Source of the DNA: Octopus vulgaris
Lineage: Eukaryota
DNA length: 64,000 nucleotides
Assembly (NCBI GenBank): GCA_951406725.2
Contig: OX597818.1
Location: 44,392,001 to 44,456,000, forward strand
Reading direction: 5' to 3'
Shown here piece by piece: positions 15,105 through 29,267 of this stretch. A program made the translations under genes and the position numbers. The notes under the pieces were generated by a model. That model was not told the origin of the DNA. It made no database searches and worked only from the letters and a program-made list of their open reading frames with translations. Position 1 is the first letter of the stretch, and each line of letters starts with the position of its first letter.

Positions 15105-15360
15105 TAATAAATGCGCCCTTTTAAAGCCTAGCCAGGTTCATGGGCCCAGTTTCCCAGTTTCAATGGCGTAGGTGTTCCCCAGCTGGACAGGACGCCAGTC
15201 TATCGCAGCGTTACTCATTTTTGCCAGCTGAGTGGACTGGAGCAACGTGAAATGAAGTGTTTTTCTCAAAAACACAACGCGTCGCCCAGTCCAGGAATCG
15301 AAACCACAAACTTATGATCATGATGCTGACACCCTAACCACTAAGCCACGCCCCTCCACT
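15105..15360 (-). mobile_element. tRNA-derived SINE family E (CORE-like body) with TSD
   Basis: TSD tttaagtaaataa; homologues at 9362-9590 and 62452-62690. Confidence 0.85.
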
Positions 15361-16018
15361 TTTTAAGTAAATAATTTCTTAATATATCTCCAGGCTTTAT
15401 ATATATATATATATATATATACACCCTTGTGCTTTTAACCTTTACATTGTCAAAGCAAAACGATTAATTCCAATAATACCAGAAGCAACAAAAATATTAT
15501 CACACCTTGTGCCTCCCTAACAAAAGAGAAACACCTTCACACTTATTTACAATGTTCTTCATACATGAATAAATCCTAAACAATAACATCATCCCAAATT
15601 TAATAAATCAAAATTTTTCCAAAACACTTCTCCATAACAACCAATCCTAAAATCATAACTGCCACTCCACCCAAGGAAGATTTTAAGTCAACAGAGACTA
15701 TATAACTATATAAAGCCAATACTAACTCTTATGCATCACAAGCTTAGCTGTCTGAAACTTCGAAGTCTCTGTCAACACCATTTTTGTTTAAAAAGAATAA
15801 ATTTGTACTCTACAAACACAGAATAAACCATCATATTAATGTAAATTTTTTTCATTATAACAGAACATAAAAACAAACACACACACACAGACATACATAC
15901 ACACACATATATTATCTCTCTTTCTCTAAATAAATATTTATACAAATATATTTGTGCTAGTGTATGTTTAAACATATCACTCACACTCATTCACTTTAAA
16001 TATATATACATATATATA

Positions 16019-17289
16019 TTGGGTCATCCTATAAATAATGCCATTTTTATACTTCTTTTATTTTTCAAAATTAAGATAAACAAAGTTCTTTTTAATCTAA
16101 AATATACTTTCTTTCATCTTCTACAATGCTCTTCAGTCTATCTGGTAGACTTGCAAGGCCCCTCTTCCAAAATTTACTTGTCCATGATGAAAAATACTAC
16201 TCCAATACTGTTCTGACCTCTTCTACAGAATTCATATTTTTTCCGTCCAAATGATTTTGAAGACTGTGCAGTAAAGGATAATCAGATGGGGCAATGTCCA
16301 GTGAATATGGTAGGTAGAGCATCATTTCCCATTCAAAATGCTCCAGTCTTTGGAATGGCATCCTAGCTGTATGTGGCTGAGTATTATCTTGATGGAAGAA
16401 CACCTTTTGTCTTGAAACCAGAGATGGTTGTGCTTCTTCCAGCACTGACTTAAACTGCTCAAGCTGTTTACAGTAGATCTTTGTTATTGCTTAGTTTAGG
16501 TTTAAAAGTTCAAAGTGGACTAAACCTTTCATATCCCACCGAACAAATAACAACACCTTATGTGAGTGAAGATCTTCTTTAGTGTGGGGTGAGTGCTGGT
16601 GTTTCTCCTTTCCTTACCCACTGTCTTCAGCACTTGACATTTTTATAGAGAATCCACTTCTCGTCACCAGTCACTCTTCAGGCCAAAAGAGGTTCATTCG
16701 TGAGATGTGACAGCAAAGAACACATATTCAGTCTCTGTGCTTGATTAGACATGGAAAGTTTGCGAGAAACCCATCGACCAAATTTTCTGACTTTCCTGAG
16801 GGCATGCGATGAATGGTTGAATGACCAAATCCAAGCTTCTCTGCTAGTTCTTCAACATTTATGATGGGATTTTGTTCCACCAGGATTTGCAGGACATCCT
16901 CGTCGAGCCCTACTGATCTTCCAGGATGAAGTTTGTCTTCTAGGCTGTAGTTTCTGGCTCAGAATTTCTGGGACTACTGATAACACTGGCTTACGCTTAT
17001 TGTCCAATCCCCATATGCTGCATTAATATTCCTCACACCTTCCATTGCATTGTTGCCTTTATTGAACTCATAAAGCAAAATATGCCGAATATGCTCCTTT
17101 GTTGCTTCCATTATAGCTTTGAAAAAATAACTGTTAAAATTGAACTCTTCAAAACTTGTACTAAGAATAAGCACAAGGTAAACTTACTACCTGCTTTTAT
17201 AGCAATTTGATGCAGGTAGTTTATCCTGTGCCCCTCTGACTTTTAGTTCATGCAACTGAAAAAAATGCATTATTTATGGGATGATCCAA
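16019..17289 (-). mobile_element. Full-length decayed mariner transposon (~1.27 kb)
   Basis: TIRs ttgggtcatcctataaataatgc / gcattatttatgggatgatccaa with TA flanks. Transposase remnants include MEATKEHIRHILLYEFNKG, HQDNTQPHTA and YSLDIAPSDY (the YSPDLAPSD motif). Confidence 0.92.
16100..17111 (-). pseudogene. Mariner transposase pseudogene
   Basis: ATG at 17111. Stops and frameshifts split it into the ORFs 16974-17174 and 16197-16445. The 3' boundary is approximate. Confidence 0.85.
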
Positions 17290-17299
17290 TATATTGATA

Positions 17300-18024
17300 G
17301 ACACAGGCCTGGGTGTGGTAAGAAGCTTGCTTCCCAACCACATGGTTCCAGGTTCAGTCACACTGCATGGCAACTTGGGCAAGTGTTTTCTACTATAGCC
17401 TCAGGCCAACCAAAGCCTTGTGAATGGATTTGGTAGACAGAAACTGAAAGAAGCTTGTCATATATAAGTGTGTGTATGTGTATATATATATATATATATA
17501 TGTCTATGTCTGTGTGTCTTCGTGTCTGTGATTGTCCCCTACACCAGTGCAACTCAAAACTGTGGTTTGTGACCTGGTGCTGCTCCGCAGGCCATCAGCA
17601 GCCAGTACGCAGCAAGTTTCCAGAAAAGAAAGAAACATTATAAAATGCTTATGTAATATTGTAATTATTTGTTTACAAAATAAATATAAGATAGAAAAAA
17701 ATTGTCAACTTTTATTATATCTATTATATATATGGTTTCTGGTATAAATTTATATTACCAAGAAATATTACCAGTCCATGGAACATTAGAAAAAAAAAAA
17801 CCCGGCTGGTATGCCTCTTCAGATAGTTTGAAAAGCACTGCCCTACACCACCACATGACAACTGGTGTTGGTGTGTTTACATCCCCATACCTTAGCAGTG
17901 CAGCAAAAGAGACTGAGAAAATAAGAGTCAGGTTTAAAAGAACAAGTACTGGTGTCGATACATTTAACTAAAAATTCTTCAAGGTGATACCTCAGCATTG
18001 CTGCTGTCTAATGACTGGAATAAG

Positions 18025-18025
<1 letters not shown>
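17300..18025 (+). mobile_element. SINE family A split by a hAT MITE
   Basis: Head at 17300-17544 and tail at 17841-18025. Confidence 0.8.
17545..17840. mobile_element. hAT MITE nested in a SINE
   Basis: Perfect 8-bp TSD ccctacac and TIRs cagtgc.../...gcactg. It splits the family-A SINE at 17300-18025. Confidence 0.8.
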
Positions 18026-18066
<41 letters not shown>

Positions 18067-18696
18067 ACATATATGTATACATATATGTATACATACATAT
18101 ATACATATATATTTATATATATATAAATAAAGTGAGTGAGTGTGAGTGATATGTTTAAACAGAATACAATACAAATATATTTGTATAAATGTATATTTAG
18201 AGAAAGAGAGATAATGATGATAAAAGAAAGAGAAAAAATAATAGATAATAGCATATATAAAAAGAGACATGTCACAATAACATGTTGAGGTGGAATATAC
18301 AAAAAAAAAGAAAGAAAAGAAAATCAGATAAATATAAGAAACCTAAAAAATGAAGACAATGGATGTCAGTAGTTTTTTTTCCATAGATCATTGTTAAGAT
18401 TATCAGAAAGAAATCATATAAGTAATTATTAGCAAGTTAAGTTCACTCAAAAATATATTATATATTTCTTCTTTTTTTTTTGTATTTTTATGCTGAGAAT
18501 TTAAGTCAAGATTGTATGCTGAAACATGTAATTGCATTTTGATAGTCATTTTTGACATATAAAACACCTGCTCATTTGATTAATCTGATTTGATATTTAA
18601 TTGTATCAAAGTCTACTGAATTCTAAAGTGATTGCAATACTTAATATCTATCTAGCTGTGTACAGCTTTAAACCATGTAGACTCAGTACCAAATAC

Positions 18697-18733
<37 letters not shown>

Positions 18734-20515
18734 CATGCATACATGTATGTCTATTATTGTGTTTGTGCATATTGATGCAAATTGGGGTATTGAGTAAAGT
18801 ACATTTACACTACAAAAGTAGAACTTACCCATTTAATAAATAATGAGTGATAAAATAAATACTAGATGAAAATATGTACTGGGGTCTATAAGACTGCCTA
18901 AAATCTTTGAAGACAATGCCCCAGCATATATGCAACTCATTAACTGAAACCAGTAAAAGAATTAAAGAAAAAAGACAAAAAAGTCTACATATTTCTTCTT
19001 CAGAGATTTAAAACTGGTTGTTTTACTCTTTACGAGACCAGCGACTGTGTGTTATTTAAAAGTATATACTGTGAGCAAGGTTGAGTGGCTGCCATCTCTA
19101 GCTGGTGATTGTGCTGTACTAAGGAAGATAAATAACCCAGAAACCATTGGTCTACTTGTATCACTAAGGCAAGAAAGGGAACAATAGACTCCCTTGCTCA
19201 CAGTATATGGACTCAGACCATGTTTCGGTAGACAGTTGGAGATGTTTTCCTAGGGCTAAAAATTAGTAACATCGTCCTGCATTGGACTGCCAGATTGTGT
19301 TGGCAAATAGACTTTACTGTACAGTACTGTTACTACATATTTCTCACTTTGAGATTTAAAACTAGTTGTTTTTCTCTTTACAAGACTAAAAAGAATCTAT
19401 CTATTTCTCTGTATATATTTATATATTGAATATTCACCATCTATGAACAGCCCAGATAGGGATGAAACTCAGAGTAGACTGTCGAATTTTGCTACAACAG
19501 TATATCTATCCACTCCACTCAACTCAACTCAACATAATTGGTCTTATATATTACATGTTTGCACTATGTAAAATATATTTTTATAGTCTTTACAACTTTT
19601 ACATTACAATATATATGTGGATGTATGTATACGGATGGAGATATGTCATGAAAGACAGCTCAGCAGAATTATATATAAATTTCTCAATAGTATATTTTAA
19701 ATGTCACCAATGACTACCAAAATTGTACACATGTACTCACACGAGCATATACACATACTCATGTTTTGTAATAGGAATAACATTAGGCAAAGAGAAAAGC
19801 CCAATTTGATTGAAATTTATGATTTATATAGTACCCAGAAATGGTAATGTTGTTATTCAGAGTTTCAACAAATGGTTGTATCTCACTGTGAACTCATCAG
19901 ATGACCAAAAATTACACATGTGAAGTCATTTTGATTTCATTTTGGAAATGCTCATTTCCTGTCTTGTACAATATTATGTAGTAGAGGAATATCTATTTTT
20001 ATTGTTATATATGGAACCCTGCATACCGTCCAGGGTTTAGTTGTTTAAAATCTTTATGTGTTCACTCTCTTTTAATCGTCTTCATACGTTTATTTTCTTT
20101 ACCACTGACTTCGGTGAAATCAAATAAACTCTACACTGATAATTGTTCAAGGCTAGCAACCCACTGCCTTAGAAGTAAAATATCCTCCTGTACAATGTTA
20201 CACATGACAAGAATGGCCATGTAAATGACTACATGTGCATCTTTTTAGTCATCTGATGATCATATGGTTTATCACTAATAACCCACACAAAGATATTACG
20301 TTACCATTTGGTATAACTCCAATTTACGACATTATCAACCTTGGGGACTGTATAAATAATCATATATACATACATACATATATCTGTATGTATATATATA
20401 CACATATGTATATATATATACATATCTGTATGTATATATATATATATATATACATACATATATGTGTGAGTGTGTATTCGTTTTCAGTAAGTGTTATAAG
20501 ATTCAAGAGATTATA

Positions 20516-20621
20516 ATTATTGAAGCGTATTTAGAAGATTATGATTGATCAAAGCATATTTAGAATATTACATTTGAACAAAGCATATTTAGATTACTAC
20601 TGAACAAAGCGCGTTTAGAAT
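20516..20621. repeat. Minisatellite, about 4 copies of a ~28-bp unit (tgaacaaagcatatttaga...)
   Basis: Seen directly. Confidence 0.8.
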
Positions 20622-21209
20622 GCAAACTCACTATTTCAGTGAGTGTAGCATCAATAGAAGAATGGTTATTTCTAATATTCAGTCACAATATAAGCTGTAA
20701 TATGGGTCAGAAAAAAACTTTTAGATTTCTAGTTCTGGTTAAATTAAGGAAAAGAAAAAGAAAAGAATAAACACAATGTCTATAATTAGCTATAAACAGA
20801 AATTTTTCTGTTATATTTTCTTAGATGGCTTACTGTCTGGTTTCTTTTATAACATTTTTAGTAATGATAAATAACATAAAAGATATTAATTTAACATTAC
20901 GGATCATATTCTTGTTTTGTAATTCAAACAATAGTATTTTTTTATAATTTCTAGATGAATGAATATATATATATATATACCTTATTTATATATATTCCCA
21001 AAACTCAAGAAAACAAATTAAACTTAAGATTTTTTTCACTAACTTGCACATATATAAAAGGTATGAATTCTCAATAAAAAAAATGTTCATGATGAATCCC
21101 TCAAAGGGAGGAAAGCACTAAATAGATAGTTTTTATCTAAATCCTGACTACTTCCATCTTAATATATAAAATTTGTACACACCACTTCAAACAATCTATA
21201 CAAACATAC

Positions 21210-21276
<67 letters not shown>

Positions 21277-21519
21277 GGCAATATTTATTTCTATAGTTAC
21301 AGAACATGGAGCCTTGCAGACCATCTAGAATCTTGCTGTTAGAGAAAGAGGAACTATGATCTTTGTAATCTCCCTAAAACTGATAGATTTTTTTGATACA
21401 CCTGATGGTTGGGTTTTAACTCTGTAGGTTGATATCTATGGAGAGGGAATTCCAGGGAGACTACCACTTTGGGAATGAAATACTTGGCAAAGTGTTTTGC
21501 ACAGTCACTAAATTATAAA

Positions 21520-21798
21520 GTGGAGGTGCAATGGCCCAGTGGTTAGGGCAGTGGACTCGCAGTTGTAGGATCACGGTTTCGATTCCCAGACCGGGCGTTG
21601 TGAGTGTTTATTGAGTGAAAACACCTAAAGCTCCACAAGGCTCTGGCAGGGTGTTGTGGTGAACCCTGCTGTACTCTTCCACCACAACTTTCTCTCACTC
21701 TTTCTTTCTGTTTCTGCTGTACCTGTATTTCAAAGGGCCAGCCTTGTCACACTCTGTGTCACACTGAATCTCCCCAAGAACTACGTTGAGGGTACATG
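21520..21798 (+). mobile_element. tRNA-derived SINE family D
   Basis: A box tggcccagtgg, B box ggtttcgattccc, body gtttattgagtgaaaacacctaaagctccac. Confidence 0.85.
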
Positions 21799-21939
21799 CT
21801 ATAGCAACCAAGGCCAGCCCAAAGTTTGGGGTGGGCTGCACCTACCTGCCTTGGTTGCTATGGCATTGAGGTAGATACAGCCACCCCCATTAACGGGGAC
21901 AAAACCTGGATTTAAAATATTGGATGATGATGATGATTA

Positions 21940-22105
21940 TTTATTTATTTATTTATTTTTCTGCTCAAGACATGGTGCTCTACAGGCACCATATACGTAT
22001 CTCCGGACGAGCCGATTCCATGGACGCGGTCCTTTATGAAGAAGAGAGAACTCTTCACGGAGCTCCTGGCAACATCTCTGGGCTTGCTTGCGTTGCCGCT
22101 GTAAT
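21940..22105 (-). mobile_element. Probable retroposon 3' end
   Basis: GC-richer block ending on the minus strand in a stem-loop (atggtgc..gcaccat) and an (AAAT)n tail. Confidence 0.35.
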
Positions 22106-22665
22106 ATTTTCTTACCTCCATGTCATAGCAAATTAGACAGATTGTAGAAATTAGTACTTTTAAATTTCTATCATTAGCCATATCTTCTGTTGATATCAAG
22201 TGTAAGTCTAGGTTCCGAGGGCTTGTTTCAACTCTGGCTATTATATTTCATTGTTTTATAATATTAAAAAAAAAATTTATATCACACATTCCTAAAATGT
22301 GTCCATTACTTTTTTTACAAGCAGCATCTGAATATTTCTGCTTCTTACCTTAAGCTATCTGGAATCTGTTAGTAAAATTATCATCAAATTGATATAAGCA
22401 GCTAACAAGCAAATGAGTTCACATATTGTATAAATGTTCTTCAGGCTTTTGCGGATCAGCCTTCACTAATTATGTTTTTTTATTTTACAGTATCTGTATT
22501 TTTCAGATGTGCTGAAGAAAATCAAATCTAGCCACAAAATTCCACTTATACCACTGCTTTTCCAAATCTTTATTTCTAAAATAAGTTAGTCACAGAAAGA
22601 TGGACAAGTCCCCTAACTTTTGCAGGTCCTCTCAGATTGATAAGACTAATGCAGTTAATGTTTAA

Positions 22666-22884
22666 CCTTTTATCACTCAGATTATTCTGTCAAATGTAAT
22701 GCTTTTTCATTCACATTGTTTTTAATTAAGCATGCAATTATATTGTAGCTTTGAAATTTTGATGACGTGACTGTATATATTTAGAATAGCATTGAGGGGT
22801 ACGTGTGATAGGCTGGATCTGCCTGCTAGAACATAAAACAGGTAGCATATTTGGGTCGGATATGGCCTGTTAGAAAGGTAAAGG
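22666..22884. mobile_element. piggyBac-like MITE, family 2 (decayed)
   Basis: Aligns along its length to 9119-9337, with TTAA flanks. Confidence 0.7.
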
Positions 22885-23218
22885 ATTAAGCTGGGTCTTG
22901 ATCAACTGGACAAAGGGGTCTGATGTTGAAAGACTCAAAAGTCCTCCTAAGACCCCAGAAACATTGCTGATGATGCATCCTAAAGCATCCATGAGATATA
23001 TCTTGAACCTAAAAGGTTCAAGTTTGAACATGTTTAGGCCTATATCTGTAATTAAAATTGGTGAAGTTGAACCACAGAATGGGTGTTGAGAAGGTGCAAC
23101 AGGGGTGTTGAAAAGCATGTATTTTTGGAAGGCCTTTGTGAGGGATTTGTTGCAGTACTGATAGAAAAGATAGAGAAGAAACATTCATGAGCTAATAATT
23201 ATAGGATATAGAGAAATT

Positions 23219-23554
23219 GAGACCCCCTTTGGTCATAACTGACTGTGGGATTGCACCTAGAAAGTTACCCTCTGAGGCACAAGTCTGGGCAAGGTTGTTT
23301 ATGGAAGACCAGCAGTCACCCATGCATACCGGCCTCCCCTCTCCACACCACCAGTGTTATCCAAGGGAAAGGCAAAAGCCAATACAGCTTGGCACCTGTG
23401 ATGTCGCAACTCATTTCGACAGCTGAATGAACTGGAACAACGTGAAATAAAGTGTCTTGCTCAAAAACACAACACACAGCACGGTCCGAGATTCAAACTC
23501 ACAACCTCACGATCGTAAGCTCGACGCTCTAATCACTGAGCCATGCACCTTCAC
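23219..23554 (-). mobile_element. tRNA-derived SINE family F
   Basis: Full-length match to 52924-53259; a tail-only copy lies at 13447-13561. Confidence 0.85.
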
Positions 23555-23828
23555 ATATAGAGACATAAGTCATTACTAACCATCTAGATGATGTTCTTTT
23601 GGATAAAGTCTAAGAGATTTGTGTGTATTAGCAGCAGCACTGCCCTAAATGTAGGAGTAGTACACCATTGTGGGTTTTATTTGAGCTTCTTATAGTGTCT
23701 GGCATGAAATATTTTCTGGGTAGATGTTTTAGCTATGTTTATGTATGTTATGTCACTAGGAAAGATCCTTGATCATTGTGAATAATTTTTTTTTATTAAT
23801 GTTTCAATAATTTTTTGGAAAAAGTATT

Positions 23829-24430
23829 CAGGAGTGGTTGTGTAGTAAGAAGCTTGCTTCCCAATCATGTGGTTTCTGTTTCAGTTCTACTGTGTGACAC
23901 CTTGGGCAAGTGTTTTCTACTATAGCTTCAGGCCAACCAAAGCCTTGTGAGTGGATTTGGTAGATGGAAACTGAAAGAAGCCTGTTGTATATGTATGTAT
24001 ATGTGGCCGCTGCCAGTGCTGCCTGACTCGCTCCCATGCCTGTGGCACGTAAAAGCACCCACTACACTCTTGGAGTGGTTGGCGTTAGGAAGGGCATCCA
24101 GCTGTAGAAACTCTGCCAGATCAGATTGGAGTCTGGTGCAGCCATCTGGTTCGCTAGACCTCAATCAAATCGTCCAACCCATGCTAGCATGGAAAGCGGA
24201 TGTTAAACAATGATGATGATATGTGTGTATTTGTATTTGTGACCCCATCACCATTTAGAAACCAGTGTTGGTGTGTTGACATCCCCATAACTTAGTGGTT
24301 CGGCAAAAGACCAATAGAATATGTACCAGGTTTTAAAAGAAATAGTACTGGGGTCGATTCATTTGACTAAAACTTTAAGCTCAGCATGGCTGCAGTCTAA
24401 TGACTGAAATGCATAAAAGATAAAAGATAA
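23829..24430 (+). mobile_element. SINE family A with a family-C element nested in its central microsatellite (24003-24220)
   Basis: Family A head, then a family C body ending in (GAT)n, then the family A tail. Confidence 0.82.
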
Positions 24431-25213
24431 TGTAAAATCCACAAAATAGTTAATGTAATCTTCTTGCAAAAAAAAAAAGAAAAAAAAAGAATAAAGAAAA
24501 AGGTAGTATATGTATCAAAGGAAAAGATTACTTAGTGTATATTAAGTAAACATACACTCGTATATCTTCAATCAACCGTACTATTTTCTATTTAGATAGA
24601 TTTTAGATGTAAATAATTCCTGGGGTTTTTATTAATTGTTGCAGTACATGTTTTCTATCTTTCATCCATAGAGACAAATCGGTAATTCAAGAACACATTG
24701 AATTAAGTTTCAAATGTACAAAAATGTATTTATCAGTCTGAAGATACGTTGACATCAGACCACTATCATTCTGAATAACTTTATGACCTTATACAAAAGG
24801 AGGTAACTAATTAATAGAATAAAATAGAATATTAGAAATTACCTGAATTTATGTTAAGACAATTTTTCTGAGAGCTAAATGAGATCTAAAATTTTTTACT
24901 TTATTTCTATATGTCTTACTTCTAAAGAGAGTCCTCATTTGCTTCTTTTAAAAATAACCTGACAGAAACATGATTTCTACAATTTCTAAGATTGGCTGCT
25001 TCACGACAAACCTCAGAAACATGATACTCAGCTAGCAGAAAATAGTATCAATTTTCTCTAAGTGAGGATTACAGACAGTTTAGCAGCATGATGCTTACCA
25101 AACTTATATTTGGTTTTCTTTGGATGAATTAGTATCTATGACAGAAAATTATTTTTTTAGCAGGTGTTATTTTTTATGATAATATTTTTAAATATTGTAC
25201 TTGTTTTTCTTAC

Positions 25214-25242
25214 CAAGATCAGTTCTTCAGATGAAAAACTTC
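25214..25242 (-). CDS. Weak candidate 29-nt exon
   Basis: aactttacag|GAAGTTTTTCATCTGAAGAACTGATCTTG|gtaaga. Open only in phase 1 ((G)SFSSEELIL). Confidence 0.18.
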
Positions 25243-25539
25243 CTGTAAAGTTGAACTTTAGTTGAAAAATGTATTTTCTAATAAATATTCTATGTTGATA
25301 AATGCATTTTTGCTTTGCATCTTGATCAGAAATCAAGAAATATTCATAAAATATTTTCCTTGTTAACATGATTGTGTGGCTGATTATTTCAGACCATTTT
25401 CAGTTAATCCGAATTTAGCTTTCTCATAATCTATCATCTTGTTAATTCCAGGGTCTTAGAATTTATCTTCTTTTAGCGATGGATAAACTTTACTTGAAAG
25501 TTAAATATATATGCTTACATCTGAAAAATCATGATTTGC

Positions 25540-26095
<556 letters not shown>

Positions 26096-26654
26096 ACACA
26101 CACACACATGATCACACATATACAAAGAGAAACCAAATACTTTGGTTAGAATAGGTAGTGAATATGTTGTACATTATGCGAAGATAGCCGTTGGATGCTA
26201 TTTGGGTCTATATATTTGCTAAGGTCAAGAAGGCAGAAGATTTGTTGAATATGGCTACTACAGAAGTGGAAGGTAGATTCAAACTAAGAAAAATGATCAG
26301 AAGATTTGTCTGTGTTAATGCGAGACAGGAAGTTTAGTGATGAGTGTTGGGTAAGATGGAAGAGGTCTGGAAATAATAATAACAGCAGATGATTCTTTTT
26401 TTTGAGGAAATTAAGGTGAAAAAGTTTCTGATAAAAATAGAATCTCTGAATTATTTGGTTGAGAAAATAGCCATACTTTGGAAAATGAAGTAAGAAAATG
26501 GAAACAACAAAAAATGGTAATATAAAGTGATGTATTTTATGTTACAAGAAAAGATTTATTTAACGAATGCAGCTCATTAAAAGATAGAGAGAATGCTGCT
26601 TATATTTACTATCTCATTCATTAGCATGAGATGTGTTTATGGCTACTCTCTCTT

Positions 26655-27060
26655 TTTAAACTCTTTTACTTGTTTCAGTCATTTGACTGCGGCCATGCTG
26701 GAGCACCGCCTGAAGTCGAGCAAATCGACCCCAGGAATTATTCTTTGAAAGCCCAGTACTTATTCTATCAGTCTCTTTTGCTGAACCACTAAGTGACGGG
26801 GACATAAACACACCAGCATCGGTTGTCAAGCAATGCTTGGGGGACAAACACAGACACACAAACATACACACACATATATATATACATACATATATACAAT
26901 GGACTTCTTTCAGTTTCCATCTACCAAATCCACTCACAAGGCTTTGGTCGGCCCGAGGCTATAGTAGAAGACACTTGCCCAAGGTGCCACGCAGTGGGAC
27001 TGATCCCAGAACCATGTGGTTGGTAAGCAAGCTACTTACCACACAGCCACTCCTGCGCCT
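26655..27060 (-). mobile_element. SINE family A, full length
   Basis: Reverse-complement match to 59041-59443. Confidence 0.88.
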
Positions 27061-27213
27061 ATGCTCTTTCTAATATTTTATTGTCAAATTAAGCAAGTGA
27101 TTTATCTAATTTTTCAGGTTAAAACAAATGCAGTAAAGTATCTAGAATAGGTGCCAGCATTGCTACATGGTTAAAAAGTTACTTTGCAACCACAAAGTTT
27201 CAGCTTTAATACC

Positions 27214-27444
27214 TACTTCTTTACTACCCACAAGGGGCTAAACACAGAAGGGACAAACAAGGACAGACAAACGGATTAAGTCGATTACATCGACCCCAGT
27301 GCGTAACTGGTACTCATTTAATCGACCCCGAAAGGATGAAAGGCAAAGTCGACCCTGGCGGAATTTGAACTCAGAATGTAACAGCAGACGAAATACTGCT
27401 AAGTATTTTGCCCGACGTGCTAACGCTTCTGCCAGTTCGCCGCC
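27214..27444 (-). mobile_element. SINE family B with 15-bp TSD, nested in an old family-A copy
   Basis: TSD ttcagctttaatacc at 27199-27213 and 27445-27459. Confidence 0.9.
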
Positions 27445-27692
27445 TTCAGCTTTAATACCATGAAGTGACACCTTGATTAAATGTCTTCTACTGTTAGAAT
27501 GACCAATGCCTTATAAATAAAAATTTGGTAGATGGAAACTGTGTAAAAGCCTGTTATTTATGAGTATGCATGTATGAGTGTTCATATCTGCGTTTATATT
27601 ATGTCCATTTATGTCCCGTAACTTAGTGATGTAACAAAAAGAGACTGATAAAATAAGGATTTGGGATTGATATAATCCACAAAGCCCTCCAG

Positions 27693-28065
27693 GCAGGTGT
27701 GGTTGTGGTAAGAGGCTTGTTTCCCAAACACATGGTTCCAGGTTCAATCGCACTGCAGCCAAGTCTCACCTTGAGCAAGTGTCATCTACTGTGGCTCTGA
27801 GCTGACCAAAGCCTTTTGAAAGGATTTGATACACAAAAACTGAAAGCAGCTCATCGTATATATGTGTGTGTGTGTCTTTGTGTCAGCGTTTGTCACCCAC
27901 TACTGCTTGACAACCAGTGTTGATGTATTTATGTCCTGTAACTAAGTGGTTTGGAAAAAGAAGTCGATAGAATATGGACCAGGCTTAAAGGAAAAAAAGT
28001 TCTAAAAATTCTTCAAGGCAGTGACCTAGCATTGGTCAGAGTTTAATGCCTGAGCATTGAAACTA
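27693..28065 (+). mobile_element. SINE family A, decayed
   Basis: Diverged match to family A. Confidence 0.7.
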
Positions 28066-28989
28066 TTGACAATATTACACTTGGATATTTCGGATGAGAT
28101 GAATGTAACCAACATTTCTTCTGACCACAGCCTAAACAGGAATTTAATATTGAAAACCAGTGAAACATTTGCCAGGTTTATGATGCTGCACCAGCTTACA
28201 ACAGTGAATACAAACTTGGGGTATGTATTAACAGTGAGATGAACCAGGCTACATATTTGTTGCAAGCAACATATTTTGATGACTGTCTCCAGGCCTATCA
28301 TCTGCAGCTGTTAATAATGTCAGATAAATATTTTTTTATATATAAAGATTATAAATAGATTACTTTTATGGAAAACTCTATTCATCTAATGCAGAATGAG
28401 AAGCTCTTGTCTGCAGGCAAGTTTTTATCTATATTCATATTTGAAACTGCAACTGGAGCTCAATGGAGCCCTGCTGCTTGCTGGATCCTGTCAGATGGTT
28501 CAACTCATTCCAGCATGGAAAACCAACATTCAATGCTGCTGCTGATATATATCCATATGAAAAGAGATGATGTTTAAAACATATATATATATATATATAT
28601 ATATAATTATGAAGGTGGGTATATACAATATAAACGTTTTGGTTTTATACCGCATATAGCTGTCTTATTTTGACATTACCATTTTGCTGAATCAGCCATT
28701 GATCCATACAGTAGATACTATATACTGACAGTCAGAATTTAGCCAAACCATCCAGAGATAGTTAGTCACTACTGATGACTTTTTAAAGCTAATTTTAAGC
28801 TATATTAGTATGATCTCATTTGCTGTGGGATGGTTATCTTCCCTGTCAGTGTATAAACGCGCTTTTTTGTGACAATAAAGGTTTTTCACTCCTATTTCTA
28901 GCAACGAAGAGGCTACCCTGCACATCAGTCACATTAAGAGATACATTATTTACATTTGATGGATATTTGTCCTCATCTTGTTTGTTGTT

Positions 28990-29035
28990 AACACAACGTT
29001 TTGGCTGATATACTCTCCAGTCTTCATCAGGTATC
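28990..29035 (-). ncRNA. Inverted hammerhead copy with mutated core (GAAA>AAAA)
   Basis: Minus strand reads GATAC-CTGATGA-AGACTG..CAGCC-AAAA-CGTT-GTGTT. Confidence 0.5.
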
Positions 29036-29072
29036 TTGTGGAAATTTCAAATATTAATAATCATAATGATAA

Positions 29073-29115
<43 letters not shown>

Positions 29116-29134
29116 CATAATAATAATAATAATG

Positions 29135-29166
<32 letters not shown>

Positions 29167-29221
29167 CAACAACATCGAAAAATACCTTAGAAATGAGAAC
29201 CCAGGTTTGAAATTTCCACAA

Positions 29222-29267
29222 GACACCTGATGAAGGCTGGAGAGTATATCAGCCGAAATGTTGTGTT
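29222..29267 (+). ncRNA. Minimal type I hammerhead ribozyme
   Basis: GACAC-CTGATGA-A-GGCTG-gagagtatat-CAGCC-GAAA-TGTT-GTGTT. Stem I is GACAC/GTGTT and stem II has 5 bp. The inverted copy shows the stem III palindrome ACGT. Confidence 0.6.

Noticed and set aside
15420-15770. Possible decayed Penelope GIY-YIG C-terminus
   Set aside because: The resemblance is only impressionistic and too degraded to support without an HMM search.
17570-17630. GC-rich patch as an exon or structured RNA
   Set aside because: It lies inside a hAT MITE defined by TIRs and an 8-bp TSD.
21520-21592. tRNA-like sequences here and at about 9362, 23554, 31807 and 62450
   Set aside because: They continue directly into SINE bodies and do not close a proper acceptor stem.
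21945-22199. 84-aa minus-strand ORF with an internal GAG|GTAAG donor
   Set aside because: There is no convincing acceptor, and the distal half looks like a retroposon 3' end.
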